Notes: a model not told the origin generated them from the letters alone. A stretch of 64,000 nucleotides of DNA from Verrucomicrobiota bacterium (GCA_037146675.1 JBAWWR010000001.1:260-64259), one strand, 5' to 3'; shown: positions 39,736 through 50,364, counted from the stretch's first letter. Translations and numbers: made by a program.

Positions 39736-40314
39736 TCACTGACGGACTGCTTCGACCTTAATTTCGATGGCAACATCTTCGCCGACCATCAGGCCACCAG
39801 CTTCCAAGACTTTATTATAGGTCAGACCATAGTCTTTGCGGTTGAGCGTGGTCGTGGCGGCGAAGGCGATGCGAGTCTTGCCCCACGGATCTTTGATTGG
39901 ACCTTTAACTGTGACCGGCACACGGATGTCTTTGGTCACGCCGTGCATTGTAAATTTGCCGACAAACACCGGTTTGCCTTCTTCCACAAGAATAGATGAG
40001 CTGGTAAAGCTAAGCGTGGGAAATGTCTCCACGTCGAAGAAATCTGCGCCGCGAAGATGCTCATCGCGCTTTGCGATACCGGTGTCGATGCTCTTGGCTT
40101 GAATAATGCCATTGCCGCCGGTAACGAGCGTTTTAAGCGCCGGGTCAACCGTCAATTCGCCTTCAAATTCATTGAAGCGCCCGGTCACATCGCTGATGAC
40201 CAGATGCGCGATAGAGAAGCCGACCGTTGAGTGGGACGGATCAATCTTGTACGTGTCCGCCATGACGACACCGGCCAAGCTGAGAATGACTGCGACGACA
40301 GTGAGAGGTTTCAT
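39736..40314 (-). CDS. yceI: YceI-family periplasmic polyisoprenoid-binding protein
   Basis: 192 aa. Signal peptide and YceI-like beta-barrel signature (YKIDPSHSTVGFSIAHLVISDVTGRF). Confidence 0.85.
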   Translation of the reverse strand: MKPLTVVAVILSLAGVVMADTYKIDPSHSTVGFSIAHLVISDVTGRFNEFEGELTVDPALKTLVTGGNGIIQAKSIDTGIAKRDEHLRGADFFDVETFPTLSFTSSSILVEEGKPVFVGKFTMHGVTKDIRVPVTVKGPIKDPWGKTRIAFAATTTLNRKDYGLTYNKVLEAGGLMVGEDVAIEIKVEAVRQ

Positions 40315-40368
40315 AATTGTTTCCTTTTGATTGATTGTAAATGTGGCGCAATAAACATACTTGTCAAC

Positions 40369-40923
40369 TCAGGGCTGCCTATTGGCCGGCACGAAGTTGT
40401 ACCGAGCGCAGCGCGTCAGGCAAATCTCGTTACCAAACTGCAGGTCGTTTGTTCCGAGTAGTGCGACCCACTGCGTCGCAGTGGCGTTGACCACGCAGTT
40501 CGAACCCGGTGCCGGCAAGTTCACACGCCCCTGCGCGATGGCGTTGGTCAGCCAGTTGCCGTCCAATTCGGCAAAGCGTAATTGCTTGCCGGCCAAATCA
40601 GCCCGGTAAAGATGATGGTAAGCATCGCTGCTGACTTGCATGTCGCAATATAGTTTGCCGGTCACTTGAAAAAACACCAACGCCCCGGTGACGGTGCTGT
40701 CATCCGAATACAATCGCAATCGTACCGGGTCAGTACCAGTCAGAACCCATGTCGAATCTATCTCGAGGCGGTGGCTGGCGCGATTGGTCCGCAGCGCATC
40801 CCATTCGCCGATGGCGGACGGCAAGGTAATGCGCGTCGAGTCAGTATAAAACGGATTGGGCGAATTCACCGTCAGCCAACACCCGGTCAGACCGACTAGC
40901 ATCAACGGTAAAAAGCGTTTCAC
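40369..40923 (-). CDS. hypothetical lipoprotein
   Basis: 184 aa. Signal peptide with lipobox (LVGLTGC). No recognisable family. Confidence 0.5.
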   Translation of the reverse strand: MKRFLPLMLVGLTGCWLTVNSPNPFYTDSTRITLPSAIGEWDALRTNRASHRLEIDSTWVLTGTDPVRLRLYSDDSTVTGALVFFQVTGKLYCDMQVSSDAYHHLYRADLAGKQLRFAELDGNWLTNAIAQGRVNLPAPGSNCVVNATATQWVALLGTNDLQFGNEICLTRCARYNFVPANRQP

Positions 40924-41007
40924 GCCGGTAGTCTAAGCCGACCAGCCGGTACCCGCAAGGGCCTAGATTTTCTCGCAATCGGTATTTGAATTGGCATACT
41001 GCGAGCA

Positions 41008-41472
41008 ATGAAAGCCGAACGTCAACGTCCTTGGAGTAGTACCCATGAGCTGCATGACGCCCGTCGCGAATTGACAAAAATTCGCCGCCACCGTTCCGAG
41101 CGGATGCTGCTGCTCTCGATTATTTTCGTGCCGATGATGATTTACGTCGCCTACATTCTCGGCCGGAGCCTGCTTTACATGCAAGGCGTGCTGCGTTTCG
41201 CGACCAACATCACGACCATGTCGCCCGCCGACGTCAAAACGTCGGCCAACCGGTTTGCGCACGATCTCGACAGCAGCAATCCCATGATCCGCAATGGCTC
41301 AATTACGGCGTTAAAAATTGCTACCCGCTGGAACCTTGGCAGTGATGCCGGCGCGTGGGCGGAGATGTGGGCGAAACAGCAACCGGTCTGGGAGTATCAC
41401 CGACCCACCACCAATGCGCCACCGCCGCCGCCTGACTGGCGCAAATTAATTCCGCCCGACGTCAAACCATAA
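41008..41472 (+). CDS. hypothetical membrane protein with a Pro-rich C-terminus
   Basis: 154 aa. One TM helix. PPPPPDWRKLIPPDVKP tail. Confidence 0.4.
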   Translation: MKAERQRPWSSTHELHDARRELTKIRRHRSERMLLLSIIFVPMMIYVAYILGRSLLYMQGVLRFATNITTMSPADVKTSANRFAHDLDSSNPMIRNGSITALKIATRWNLGSDAGAWAEMWAKQQPVWEYHRPTTNAPPPPPDWRKLIPPDVKP

Positions 41473-41478
41473 GCGCGG

Positions 41479-42285
41479 TCAGCGTGGTGGTTGATTGAAA
41501 AACTGCCACAGCGCTTGCCGGTAAATCGCGCGGCTCTGCCAAAACGCATCATTGTGTCCACCGTGCAATTCCACCAACTGCTTTGGCTCCGGTGCCGCCG
41601 CCAGCAACCGTTCAGCGTATTGAAACGGGAACATCTCGTCGTGCCGGCTGTGAAAAATCAACAACGGCGCGCTGAGTCGATCCATTTTGTGAATCGTGTC
41701 GTACCGGTTGCGCACGATCCAGCGCACCGGTAACAGCGGAAACAATTTCTGGCCAACTTCCGCCACCGAGGTGAAGGCTTCCTCGATGATCACACCGCCC
41801 ACCGGCACGTGCGTTGCCAATTCCACCGCCACCGCCGAGCCGAGTGATTCGCCGTACACGACGATGTTGCGCGGCGCGCGGTTCAGGGTTTTGGTCAGGT
41901 AATCGTAAGCTGCACGCGCATCCCGGTAAGTGCCGGCTTCGCTCGGCGTCCCGCCGCTGCGGCCATAACCCCGGTAATCAATGGCGCAAACCTCCGCGCC
42001 CGCATCAAGCAGGATTGCGATCTTCGCGCGCCGATTCCAAAGGTTACCGGCATTGCCGTGCAGGAACAATACCGTCACTTTGGCCGCCGGCGCGGGAATG
42101 AACCAGCCGTGAATCGGCACGCTATCGCTGGCGGTCAGATTGAGGTCGGTAATACCGGCCGGCGTGATGAACGGTGTGCGATCCGGGTAATAAATTAGCT
42201 TGGGCTCGCGCCACATCAAGTAGAGGCAGAATCCCGCCAACGCAATGGCAATCACTCTGAGCGAAGCGATGATTAGTTTTCGCAT
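41479..42285 (-). CDS. alpha/beta hydrolase
   Basis: 268 aa. N-terminal TM/signal segment, LHGNAGN, nucleophile elbow GESLGS, C-terminal His. Confidence 0.8.
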   Translation of the reverse strand: MRKLIIASLRVIAIALAGFCLYLMWREPKLIYYPDRTPFITPAGITDLNLTASDSVPIHGWFIPAPAAKVTVLFLHGNAGNLWNRRAKIAILLDAGAEVCAIDYRGYGRSGGTPSEAGTYRDARAAYDYLTKTLNRAPRNIVVYGESLGSAVAVELATHVPVGGVIIEEAFTSVAEVGQKLFPLLPVRWIVRNRYDTIHKMDRLSAPLLIFHSRHDEMFPFQYAERLLAAAPEPKQLVELHGGHNDAFWQSRAIYRQALWQFFNQPPR

Positions 42286-42364
42286 AATCTAGTTGCGAAC
42301 CAGTATGCACGCGGAGTCGCGCCACGCCAATCTGAATTCATAGGCGGCGACCGCTCGACAGAAT

Positions 42365-43126
42365 GTGGGCGCTCGGTTATTGTGCCAGCCAATGTCGCCA
42401 ACTGCAACATCGCCGCGTGTCGCGGTCATCACCTGCAAGGTGTTGGAGGAAGAGATTGACCGTTTTGCCGACGGGCTGACGCACATTGTCCGGATCGAGA
42501 AACTCGATTACGCCTTGCACGTCGAGCCGGACAAACTCCGCGCCACGCTGCAAGCCACCATTGACCGCGTCGAGGCGGAGACGAACGCCGAGATTATCGT
42601 TCTCGGTTACGGCTTGTGCAGTCGCGGCACCGAGGGCGTGAAGACGAACCGTTGCCGGCTCGTCATCGCCCGCGCCCACGATTGCATCACGCACTTGCTC
42701 GGCTCGAAAGAGCGTTATGCCGAATATGTAAAGCAGCATCCCGGCACCTATTGGTATAGCGTCGGCTGGAATAAGCATCACGTTCCGCCCGGCAAGGAAC
42801 GCCACGACCAATACCGGCGCGAGTACGTCGAGAAATATGGCGAGGATAACGCCGACTTTTTGATGGAGACCGAACAGGCTTGGTTCAAATCCTACAACAA
42901 CGCCGCATTCGTTCACCTCGGTGTCGGCGACGTTGACCGGCAACAGGCGTACACCAAACAATGCGCGGACTGGCTCGGCTGGAAATGCGATTGCCAAGCC
43001 GGTAACCCGGCCTTACTCAAAGATTTACTTACCGGCCCGTGGGATAACTCCCGCTTTCTTGTCGTTGAACCCGGCCAGACCTTTCGGATGGTGGCCGATG
43101 ATCGCGTGATCGAGCCAGTGCCATGA
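42365..43126 (+). CDS. DUF1638 domain protein
   Basis: GTG start at 42365, or ATG at 42392. About 245 aa. DUF1638-like pattern with conserved Cys/His (ITCKVLEEEID, LGYGLCSRG, HDCITHLLG). TGA overlaps the ATG of the next gene. Confidence 0.7.
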   Translation: MGARLLCQPMSPTATSPRVAVITCKVLEEEIDRFADGLTHIVRIEKLDYALHVEPDKLRATLQATIDRVEAETNAEIIVLGYGLCSRGTEGVKTNRCRLVIARAHDCITHLLGSKERYAEYVKQHPGTYWYSVGWNKHHVPPGKERHDQYRREYVEKYGEDNADFLMETEQAWFKSYNNAAFVHLGVGDVDRQQAYTKQCADWLGWKCDCQAGNPALLKDLLTGPWDNSRFLVVEPGQTFRMVADDRVIEPVP

Positions 43127-44859
43127 ACCTCACCATCGAGACCGCCAAAGGACGGCAACTCCTCACCGTGACCGACACGGAACGCGCGTTGCGCCTGAGC
43201 GACTTGCTCCGGCGGAAACATTTCCCACTCAACACCCGTTGCGGTCAGCGCGGCCTGTGCGACGGTTGCGTGATTGAGTTGCTGGCCGGCCATCTCACCA
43301 ACATGGCCACCGGCGAAACCATTGCCGGCACCGGTCAGGCCGTGCGCGGTTGCGAATACCGGCTCGCGCACGATGGGCCGGTCACGATGCGCATCCCGCC
43401 GCGGTCGTTGCTCGCCTACGAACCGCAAGTCGTCAGCGAATTCAAAACCAACGTCCCGCGCGCCCACGATCCACTCTGGCAGCAAGTCGCGATACCGGCG
43501 AACGGCCTGGCTGGCATCCAACGCCGGCGGCCGTTGCGGAGCGCGGTAGAACTACCGGCCGGCGCCGTGGCAACGCTGGAATACCGGTGCGATCACTGGC
43601 TGGTGACCGGCGTGTCAACGACACCAGAACCGCAACCGCTCGGCGTGGCGGTGGACATCGGCACGACGACGGTGGCGTTGCTCGTTTGCGATTTACGCGA
43701 TGGACGGGTGCTTGCCGGCGCGGCGAACTTTAACCGGCAAATGCACCTCGGCGACGATGTGCTGACGCGCATCAACCTGTGCAGCACCGACCCGACGCAA
43801 CTCAAGCATTTACAGGATTTGATCATCGAGGAAACGCTGAAGCCGTTGCTCAACGAGGCACTCGGTAAGGTCGGCGCGACGCTGGCGCAAGTCAGGTGTA
43901 TGACCGTCGCGGCAAACACGACGATGCTCCATCTGTTTGCCGGTATCGATCCGTCTTCAATGGGACTGGCGCCGTTCACAGCGACTTTTTTAGAGCACCG
44001 GCTCGTGACGGTGCCGGGTTGGCCGTTCACGATTCATCTGCTGCCGGGCGCGGCGGCGTATGTCGGTGCCGATTTAACGGCGGGAGCGTTTGCGACCGGG
44101 TTGGTGTACGACGAAGGTCCGTCTTTGCTGGTGGACGTCGGGACAAATGGCGAAATTATTCTTAAACGCGGTCAGCATCTTTCTGGTTGTGCGACGGCGG
44201 CCGGGCCGGCATTTGAAGGAGCCGGCCTGACCAACGGCGTGCGCGCCACAGATGGCGCGATTGCGCATATCAAATTGGAAGGCAACCCGTTTGCGGTCAC
44301 GATTGAAAAAATCGGGCAGGAGATGCCGATCGGTTTGTGCGGGACGGCGTACGTGGATTTTCTGGCGGATGGACGGGCGGCCGACTTGCTCAACGAACGC
44401 GGCCGGTTTACCGAAGCGTTTACCGAGCAGACCATGCCGTGGAAGGATTACGGGCGGGCACTGCGCGTGGCGACCGGTATCGGCAAGTCTGATATCGTAG
44501 TGACGGAGGTTGACATTGCCGGCTTGTTGCAGGCGAAAGCCGCCATCGCCGCCGGCATTCTGACATTGCTCGAACGCAGCGGTTTGACGCCGGCACAGAT
44601 TAAGAAACTCTACCTTGCCGGCGGCTTTGGCTTGCACCTCAACCGGGTCAATGCGATTGCGTGCGGGTTGTTACCGGGATTTGTACCAGAACAAATTGAG
44701 GTGGTCGGTAACACGAGCCTTGCCGGCGCGTATCTGGCACTGCTGGATTGCGGCGCGTTGGATGAGATTGCGAAGGCCGGCAAGAAGATGGATGTGGTGG
44801 AGTTGAATCTGGATGCCGGCTTTGAAGACCGGTACATCGAGCAGTTGTCACTGCCGTAA
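43123..44859 (+). CDS. RACo-type reductive activator of corrinoid enzymes (N-terminal [2Fe-2S] ferredoxin plus ASKHA/DUF4445 ATPase)
   Basis: 578 aa. Ferredoxin Cys cluster CGQRGLCDGCVIELL...C, then a sugar-kinase/Hsp70/actin-fold region (VDIGTTTVAL, VDVGTNGEI, AGGFGLHL). Confidence 0.8.
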   Translation: MNLTIETAKGRQLLTVTDTERALRLSDLLRRKHFPLNTRCGQRGLCDGCVIELLAGHLTNMATGETIAGTGQAVRGCEYRLAHDGPVTMRIPPRSLLAYEPQVVSEFKTNVPRAHDPLWQQVAIPANGLAGIQRRRPLRSAVELPAGAVATLEYRCDHWLVTGVSTTPEPQPLGVAVDIGTTTVALLVCDLRDGRVLAGAANFNRQMHLGDDVLTRINLCSTDPTQLKHLQDLIIEETLKPLLNEALGKVGATLAQVRCMTVAANTTMLHLFAGIDPSSMGLAPFTATFLEHRLVTVPGWPFTIHLLPGAAAYVGADLTAGAFATGLVYDEGPSLLVDVGTNGEIILKRGQHLSGCATAAGPAFEGAGLTNGVRATDGAIAHIKLEGNPFAVTIEKIGQEMPIGLCGTAYVDFLADGRAADLLNERGRFTEAFTEQTMPWKDYGRALRVATGIGKSDIVVTEVDIAGLLQAKAAIAAGILTLLERSGLTPAQIKKLYLAGGFGLHLNRVNAIACGLLPGFVPEQIEVVGNTSLAGAYLALLDCGALDEIAKAGKKMDVVELNLDAGFEDRYIEQLSLP

Positions 44860-44861
44860 GG

Positions 44862-44939
44862 TGGTCGGGACGACAGGATTTGAACCTGCGACCTCCTACG
44901 CCCAAGGCAGGCGCTCTAATCCAAGCTGAGCTACGTCCC
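44862..44939 (-). tRNA. tRNA-Pro (anticodon TGG)
   Basis: Reverse complement reads GGGACGTAGCTCAGCTTGGATTAGAGCGCCTGCCTTGGGCGTAGGAGGTCGCAGGTTCAAATCCTGTCGTCCCGACCA. Anticodon loop is CTTGGGC. CCA is encoded. Confidence 0.85.
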
Positions 44940-45121
44940 GTCTCAGTTAGTATTGTCGGGAAATTTCGTCCGGGGCAAGTCAATTGTCAAAGAGACGTCG
45001 AGAAATCTTCCGCCATTTATCGCCGCAACGGAAGCGGACAAGAGTGCTAACGAAGGTTATTTTGATGCCGCCCTAATTTGACTATTGTGGCGAGGTGTGA
45101 AATTATGATTCAGGTAATATT

Positions 45122-46144
45122 ATGCCAGAACTAAGAAAAGACCCAGTAATCGGACGGTGGGTAATCATTGCGACTGAGCGTGGCAAGCGTCCCAGCGACT
45201 ATGCCGTGCCGGTCAACGAAGTGCTTGATCCCGCCAAAAATCCATTTGCCGAAGGCAACGAAGCCCTGACGCCGCCGGAGATTTTCGCATTTCGCGATCC
45301 GCGTAGCAAACCCAATAGCCCCGGCTGGCAGGTGCGCGTCGTCGCCAATAAGTTTCCGTCATTGCGCATCGAAGGCGGACTGGAAAAAGAAGGGCAGGGG
45401 GTATACGACAAGATGAACGGCGTCGGTGCGCACGAAGTCATCATCGAAACGCCCAACCCAAATCTCCAGCTCGAAGAGCAGCCGATTGAAGGCGTGGCGC
45501 GAGTGTTGGAGGCCTACAAAATTCGGATGCAAGACCTGAGCCATGATGCGCGGTTCCGGTATATCTTGGTTTTCAAAAACCACGGACGGCAAGCCGGCGC
45601 ATCACTCGCGCATCCGCACTCGCAGTTGATCGCCACGCCTATTACTCCAAAACGGGTGAAGGAAAAACTGACCGGCGCGATGCAATACTATGCGTACAAA
45701 GACCGCTGTATCTTCGAGGATATCCTCCGCCAGGAAATCCGTGACGGCACGCGCCTTGTTTATGAAAACACCGGTTTCGTCGCGTTCTGCCCGTTCGCGT
45801 CGCGCTTCCCGTTTGAAATTACGATTATGCCGCGCCGCCAATCGGCCTACTATGTTGACATTCATCCCGACGAGTTGCTGCTACTTGCCGATGCACTCAA
45901 GGTCACCCTCCAAAAACTCGCCAAGGCACTCGGGCAACCGCAGTACAACTTCATCATCCACACCGGCCCGGCCCGGTATCCGCATCCCGGCTACTGGACG
46001 ACCATCGATCACGATTACCGGTGGCATATTGAAATCCTGCCACGACTGACGCAGATTGCCGGCTTTGAGTCCGGCACCGGCTTCTACATCAACCCGACGC
46101 CGCCGGAAGAAGCCGCCAAGTATCTGCGCGAAATCACGACCTAA
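45122..46144 (+). CDS. galT: galactose-1-phosphate uridylyltransferase-like (GalT / HIT-family nucleotidyltransferase)
   Basis: 340 aa. Tandem HIT-like halves. Active-site HPHSQ motif. Confidence 0.8.
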   Translation: MPELRKDPVIGRWVIIATERGKRPSDYAVPVNEVLDPAKNPFAEGNEALTPPEIFAFRDPRSKPNSPGWQVRVVANKFPSLRIEGGLEKEGQGVYDKMNGVGAHEVIIETPNPNLQLEEQPIEGVARVLEAYKIRMQDLSHDARFRYILVFKNHGRQAGASLAHPHSQLIATPITPKRVKEKLTGAMQYYAYKDRCIFEDILRQEIRDGTRLVYENTGFVAFCPFASRFPFEITIMPRRQSAYYVDIHPDELLLLADALKVTLQKLAKALGQPQYNFIIHTGPARYPHPGYWTTIDHDYRWHIEILPRLTQIAGFESGTGFYINPTPPEEAAKYLREITT

Positions 46145-46163
46145 ACTCGCGCCGCTTACGCCT

Positions 46164-48326
46164 ATGCCACTCAACGTCGCCTTGCTGTGGCACATGCACC
46201 AGCCGTCCTACGTCGACCCAGTGCGCGGCGCGGCGTTAATGCCGTGGGTGCGACTGCATGCCACGAAAGGCTATCTCGACATGATCTGGATGGTCGAGCA
46301 GGTCCCGGGCTTTCGCTGCACCTTCAACATCACGCCGGTCCTCATCCAGCAAATTGAAGAACTCGCCGCTGGCAAGGTGCGCGACCTCTGGCACGAACTC
46401 GCCGCCACGCCGGCTGATGCGCTTACGCCTGAGCAACAATCCGCTGCGCTCGAGCATTTCTTCAAGGCAAACCACACCCACATGATTCGGCCGCACGCCC
46501 GCTATTGGGCGCTGCTGCACAAACGCGGTTCGCAGCCATCGGCGGATGGTTACGCCAAAATTGCCGGCAGCTTTACTCCGCAGGATTACCGGGATTTGCA
46601 GGCATGGTTCAATCTCGCCTGGTTTGGCTACGCCGGTGATCGACTCTATCCGGAAATCGCCGCGCTCAAACGCAAAGGCGAAAACTTTAGCGAAGTCGAC
46701 AAGCAAATCATTTTTGACGCACAGCTTGATGTTCTGAAAAATGTTCTGGGTTATTACAGGGCGTTGGCAGAACGCGGGCAAATCGAAATCACCACCACGC
46801 CGTTTTACCACCCGATTTTGCCGCTTGTGCATAACACCGAATTCGCGCGTCGGTGTCTACCAGGCGCGAAGTTACCGTCGCAATTCTCGCACCCCGAAGA
46901 TGTCCGCGCGCAATTGATACTGGCCCGGCAACTCCATACGAAAACTTTCGGCGTGCCACCGCGCGGCCTCTGGCCGTCGGAAGGGTCCGTTTGTCCGGAA
47001 TTGATTCCGGTCTTGCAGGAACTCGGCTTCGAATGGTTCGCCACCGACGAGGAAATCCTCTGGCGCAGTCTCGCCGCAAGCGATCCCGGAATGACCTCCG
47101 ACCGGAATCAACTTTTTCAAGCCTACCGGGTCAGTTTCGGCGGCACCAACATTAACGCCGTCTTCCGTGAACGCGCGCTCAGCGATTTCGTCGGATTCAC
47201 CGCGTCGCGCAACGAACCAGCCGCCGCCGCCGCGTTTATGATTGAACATTTCGAGCGCATTGCTCAAAACGGAACGGGCAGGGGAGAACTACTGTGTGCC
47301 GTCGTGCTGGACGGCGAAAATGCGTGGGAACATTTTCCCGATGGTGGTGAGGCTTTTCTCCGGGAGTTGTATGAGCGCATCGCCAGACATCCCGATTTGC
47401 ACGCCACGACCGTCCACGATTATCTTGTCGCACAACCACCTACCGCAACCGTGCCGACGTTACATACCGGTTCGTGGATTAACGCTAATTTTCAGATTTG
47501 GATCGGCCATCCGGAAGACAACCGAGGTTGGGAACTGCTCGGCCAAACCCGCGCCTTTCTCCAGAGCAAAATCAGCTGCGGTGAGTTGACCGACGACCAA
47601 CAACGCCGCGCACTTGACGAAATCTACGCCGCCGAAGGTAGCGATTGGTTCTGGTGGTATGGCGACGAGTTTGTGACCGACAACGATTTGCTGTTTGACG
47701 AATTATTCCGAACGCACCTGCAAAACGTCTACAACATTTGCGGCGTCCCGGTCCCGAGCGTGTTGAAGATTCACATTTGCCGGTCCGAAGTCGTACACGA
47801 AGCCCGTCAGCCAACTGACCTGATACAGCCGGTCATCGACGGTCAGGCGACGTCGTTTTATGAATGGATCGGCGCCGGCGTGTATGAAGCCGGTCGAGCG
47901 ATGGGTGCGATGTATCAAGCTGAACGGTTGATCGACAAAATCCATTTCGGCTTCAGCACTGAGCAATTGTTTCTACGAATCGATTTTCGCAAGGATGCCG
48001 AATTACCACCGCGTGCAAGTCTCCGCATCCAGTTTCTCCAACCACAAATCGCAACTCTTGTAATACCGGTATTAACGACTGGCATTGCCGGCGGTCAATT
48101 GATTGTCGGGGAGTCCCCGCCGGTGGTAATTCCTGAAATCCGATACGATACAATAGTCGAACTGGCTTTGCCGTTTGCTAAGCTCGACTGGCAACCGCGG
48201 CAACAGGTTGCATTTTTTGTCCAATTCCTTGCCAATGAGATCGACCTCGAGCGCCACCCGGAAGTCGGCTCGTTAACCGTGGCGCTGCCAGACGAACGGT
48301 TTGAAACCGAAAACTGGCGCGTTTGA
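46164..48326 (+). CDS. glycoside hydrolase family 57 alpha-glucan-active enzyme
   Basis: Start MPLNVALLWHMHQPSY (GH57 N-terminal signature). About 720 aa with a C-terminal extension. Confidence 0.8.
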   Translation: MPLNVALLWHMHQPSYVDPVRGAALMPWVRLHATKGYLDMIWMVEQVPGFRCTFNITPVLIQQIEELAAGKVRDLWHELAATPADALTPEQQSAALEHFFKANHTHMIRPHARYWALLHKRGSQPSADGYAKIAGSFTPQDYRDLQAWFNLAWFGYAGDRLYPEIAALKRKGENFSEVDKQIIFDAQLDVLKNVLGYYRALAERGQIEITTTPFYHPILPLVHNTEFARRCLPGAKLPSQFSHPEDVRAQLILARQLHTKTFGVPPRGLWPSEGSVCPELIPVLQELGFEWFATDEEILWRSLAASDPGMTSDRNQLFQAYRVSFGGTNINAVFRERALSDFVGFTASRNEPAAAAAFMIEHFERIAQNGTGRGELLCAVVLDGENAWEHFPDGGEAFLRELYERIARHPDLHATTVHDYLVAQPPTATVPTLHTGSWINANFQIWIGHPEDNRGWELLGQTRAFLQSKISCGELTDDQQRRALDEIYAAEGSDWFWWYGDEFVTDNDLLFDELFRTHLQNVYNICGVPVPSVLKIHICRSEVVHEARQPTDLIQPVIDGQATSFYEWIGAGVYEAGRAMGAMYQAERLIDKIHFGFSTEQLFLRIDFRKDAELPPRASLRIQFLQPQIATLVIPVLTTGIAGGQLIVGESPPVVIPEIRYDTIVELALPFAKLDWQPRQQVAFFVQFLANEIDLERHPEVGSLTVALPDERFETENWRV

Positions 48327-48436
48327 AATACGCACACGGCGATACACAACGCTAGACTGAATTAGATATAATCTCTATTGTGCGACGTTGATAATGCGGG
48401 TTTGGTTTGTGAGAATCGCTAGTCTGTTATCGGTTG

Positions 48437-48754
48437 TTAAGGCCTGACTTTCGCTTGGCAGCCTTTTTGCCAGCCGGGAAAGTTCCAGAGATTTGGGAAA
48501 TCTCGGCACTGCTGAGGTTTGACTGCCTGAACGCGGCAATCATCGCCATCAAGAAATTCACACGCACCGTTTTTGTGCTCCAGCAACATCAACCCACGCC
48601 GATCAGGCGCAAGCTGAGTGTGCTGTTGGATGAAGTCTTCCGCCGTTAATCCGAGGTGGTTCGCCATCCGGTCAACTTCTTCGTTGGTTACGTGTACCGG
48701 TCCAGGCCACCGGCAACAAGCCGTGCACCGTTGACACTCGTGGGTTACCGGCAT
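48437..48754 (-). CDS. YkgJ-family (UPF0153) Zn/Fe-S cluster protein
   Basis: 105 aa. CxxCxxCC motif (CQRCTACC) with additional Cys. Confidence 0.7.
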   Translation of the reverse strand: MPVTHECQRCTACCRWPGPVHVTNEEVDRMANHLGLTAEDFIQQHTQLAPDRRGLMLLEHKNGACEFLDGDDCRVQAVKPQQCRDFPNLWNFPGWQKGCQAKVRP

Positions 48755-50364
48755 CGACGATACCGACGAATAAGCGCATTGGTCGAACTGTCGTGACTGA
48801 GTGCTGAATCACCGGCGGCTTGCAACTCCGGGACGATTTGTTTCGCCAAAACCTTGCCAAGCTCGACGCCCCACTGGTCAAACGAGCCGACGTTCCAAAT
48901 CACGCCTTGCGTGAAGACCACGTGCTCATACAGCGCCACCAACTTGCCAAGCACTGTCGGCGTGAGTCGTTCAATGAGCAGCGTGTTCGACGGCCGGTTG
49001 CCTACAAATGTCCGATGCGGCACGAACCAGTCCGGTACGCCATCGGCTTTGACTTGCTCGGCGGTCTTGCCGAATGCTAGCGCTTCGCTTTGCGCAAACA
49101 GATTCGCCATCAGCAAATCGTGATGTGCGTCCGTCGGGTTCAAGCTTTTGGCAAAACCGATAAAATCGCATGGAATGAGTTTTGTGCCTTGGTGAATGAG
49201 TTGGTAGAACGAATGTTGGCCGTTAGTGCCCGGCTCGCCCCAGTAAATGGCACCGGTCTGATAGTCGACACTCGTGCCGTCAAGCGTGACCGATTTGCCG
49301 TTGCTCTCCATCGTCAACTGCTGGAGGTACGCCGGGAAGCGTTTCAGATATTGGTCGTACGGCAATACCGCCATTGTCTCCGCGTTGAAAAAATTCGTGT
49401 ACCAAACCCCCAACAATCCCATCAGCGCCGGTATGTTCTGCCCGAATGGTGCCGTCCGGTAATGCTCGTCCATCGTATGGAAACCGGCGAGCAGTTCGCG
49501 GAAATTATTTGGCCCGATGGCGATCATCGTCGAAAGCCCGATCGCCGAGTCCAGCGAATACCGCCCCCCTACCCAATCCCAGAACCCAAACATGTTCGCA
49601 GTATCAATGCCGAATTGGCTAACCTCTTTTGCGTTAGTCGAAACCGCCACAAAATGTTTACCAACCGCTTGCTCGTCGCGCAACGCAGCCAGCAACCACT
49701 GCCGGGCCGAATGCGCGTTAGTCATCGTTTCCTGCGTCGTGAAAGTTTTCGACGAAACGATAAACAGCGTCTCATCTGCCGACAGGTCGCGCGTTGCCTC
49801 GACGAAATCGGTGCCGTCCACATTAGCGACAAACCGGAACGTCAGATCGCGCTGGCTGTAATGCCGGAGCGCTTCGTAGGCCATGACCGGCCCGAGGTCG
49901 GAACCGCCGATGCCGATGTTAACGATGTTCCGAATCTGCTTACCGGTGTGCCCGAGCCACTTACCGGCACGAACCCGGTCGGCAAAGACAGCCATCCGGT
50001 CGAGAACGGCGTGAACTTCCGGCACCACATTTTTGCCGTCCACAATAATGCTGGCGGTGCGCGGCGCACGCAAGGCGGTATGCAACACAGCGCGGTTCTC
50101 GGTGAGATTAATCTTATCGCCGCGGAACATCGCTCCAATCCGGTCGCGCAACTTGCAATCTTCCGCCAATGCGACGAGCAAGCGGATAGTCTCGTCCGTT
50201 ACCCGATTTTTTGAGTAATCGAGGTAGAGACCGTCCGCTTCGACAGTGAGGCGTTCACCGCGTTTTGGATCACCGGCAAAGAGTTGCCGGAGATGCAAAT
50301 CTTGGACTTGCCGGTAATGCGCGGTGAGCGCTTGCCACGTGGCACGTTGCGTCAAATTAGTCAT
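48745..50364 (-). CDS. pgi: glucose-6-phosphate isomerase
   Basis: Start is taken at [17 protein letters not shown] (539 aa). PGI signature regions (GGRYSLWSAIG-like [11 protein letters not shown]). Confidence 0.9.
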   Translation of the reverse strand: MTNLTQRATWQALTAHYRQVQDLHLRQLFAGDPKRGERLTVEADGLYLDYSKNRVTDETIRLLVALAEDCKLRDRIGAMFRGDKINLTENRAVLHTALRAPRTASIIVDGKNVVPEVHAVLDRMAVFADRVRAGKWLGHTGKQIRNIVNIGIGGSDLGPVMAYEALRHYSQRDLTFRFVANVDGTDFVEATRDLSADETLFIVSSKTFTTQETMTNAHSARQWLLAALRDEQAVGKHFVAVSTNAKEVSQFGIDTANMFGFWDWVGGRYSLDSAIGLSTMIAIGPNNFRELLAGFHTMDEHYRTAPFGQNIPALMGLLGVWYTNFFNAETMAVLPYDQYLKRFPAYLQQLTMESNGKSVTLDGTSVDYQTGAIYWGEPGTNGQHSFYQLIHQGTKLIPCDFIGFAKSLNPTDAHHDLLMANLFAQSEALAFGKTAEQVKADGVPDWFVPHRTFVGNRPSNTLLIERLTPTVLGKLVALYEHVVFTQGVIWNVGSFDQWGVELGKVLAKQIVPELQAAGDSALSHDSSTNALIRRYRRCR

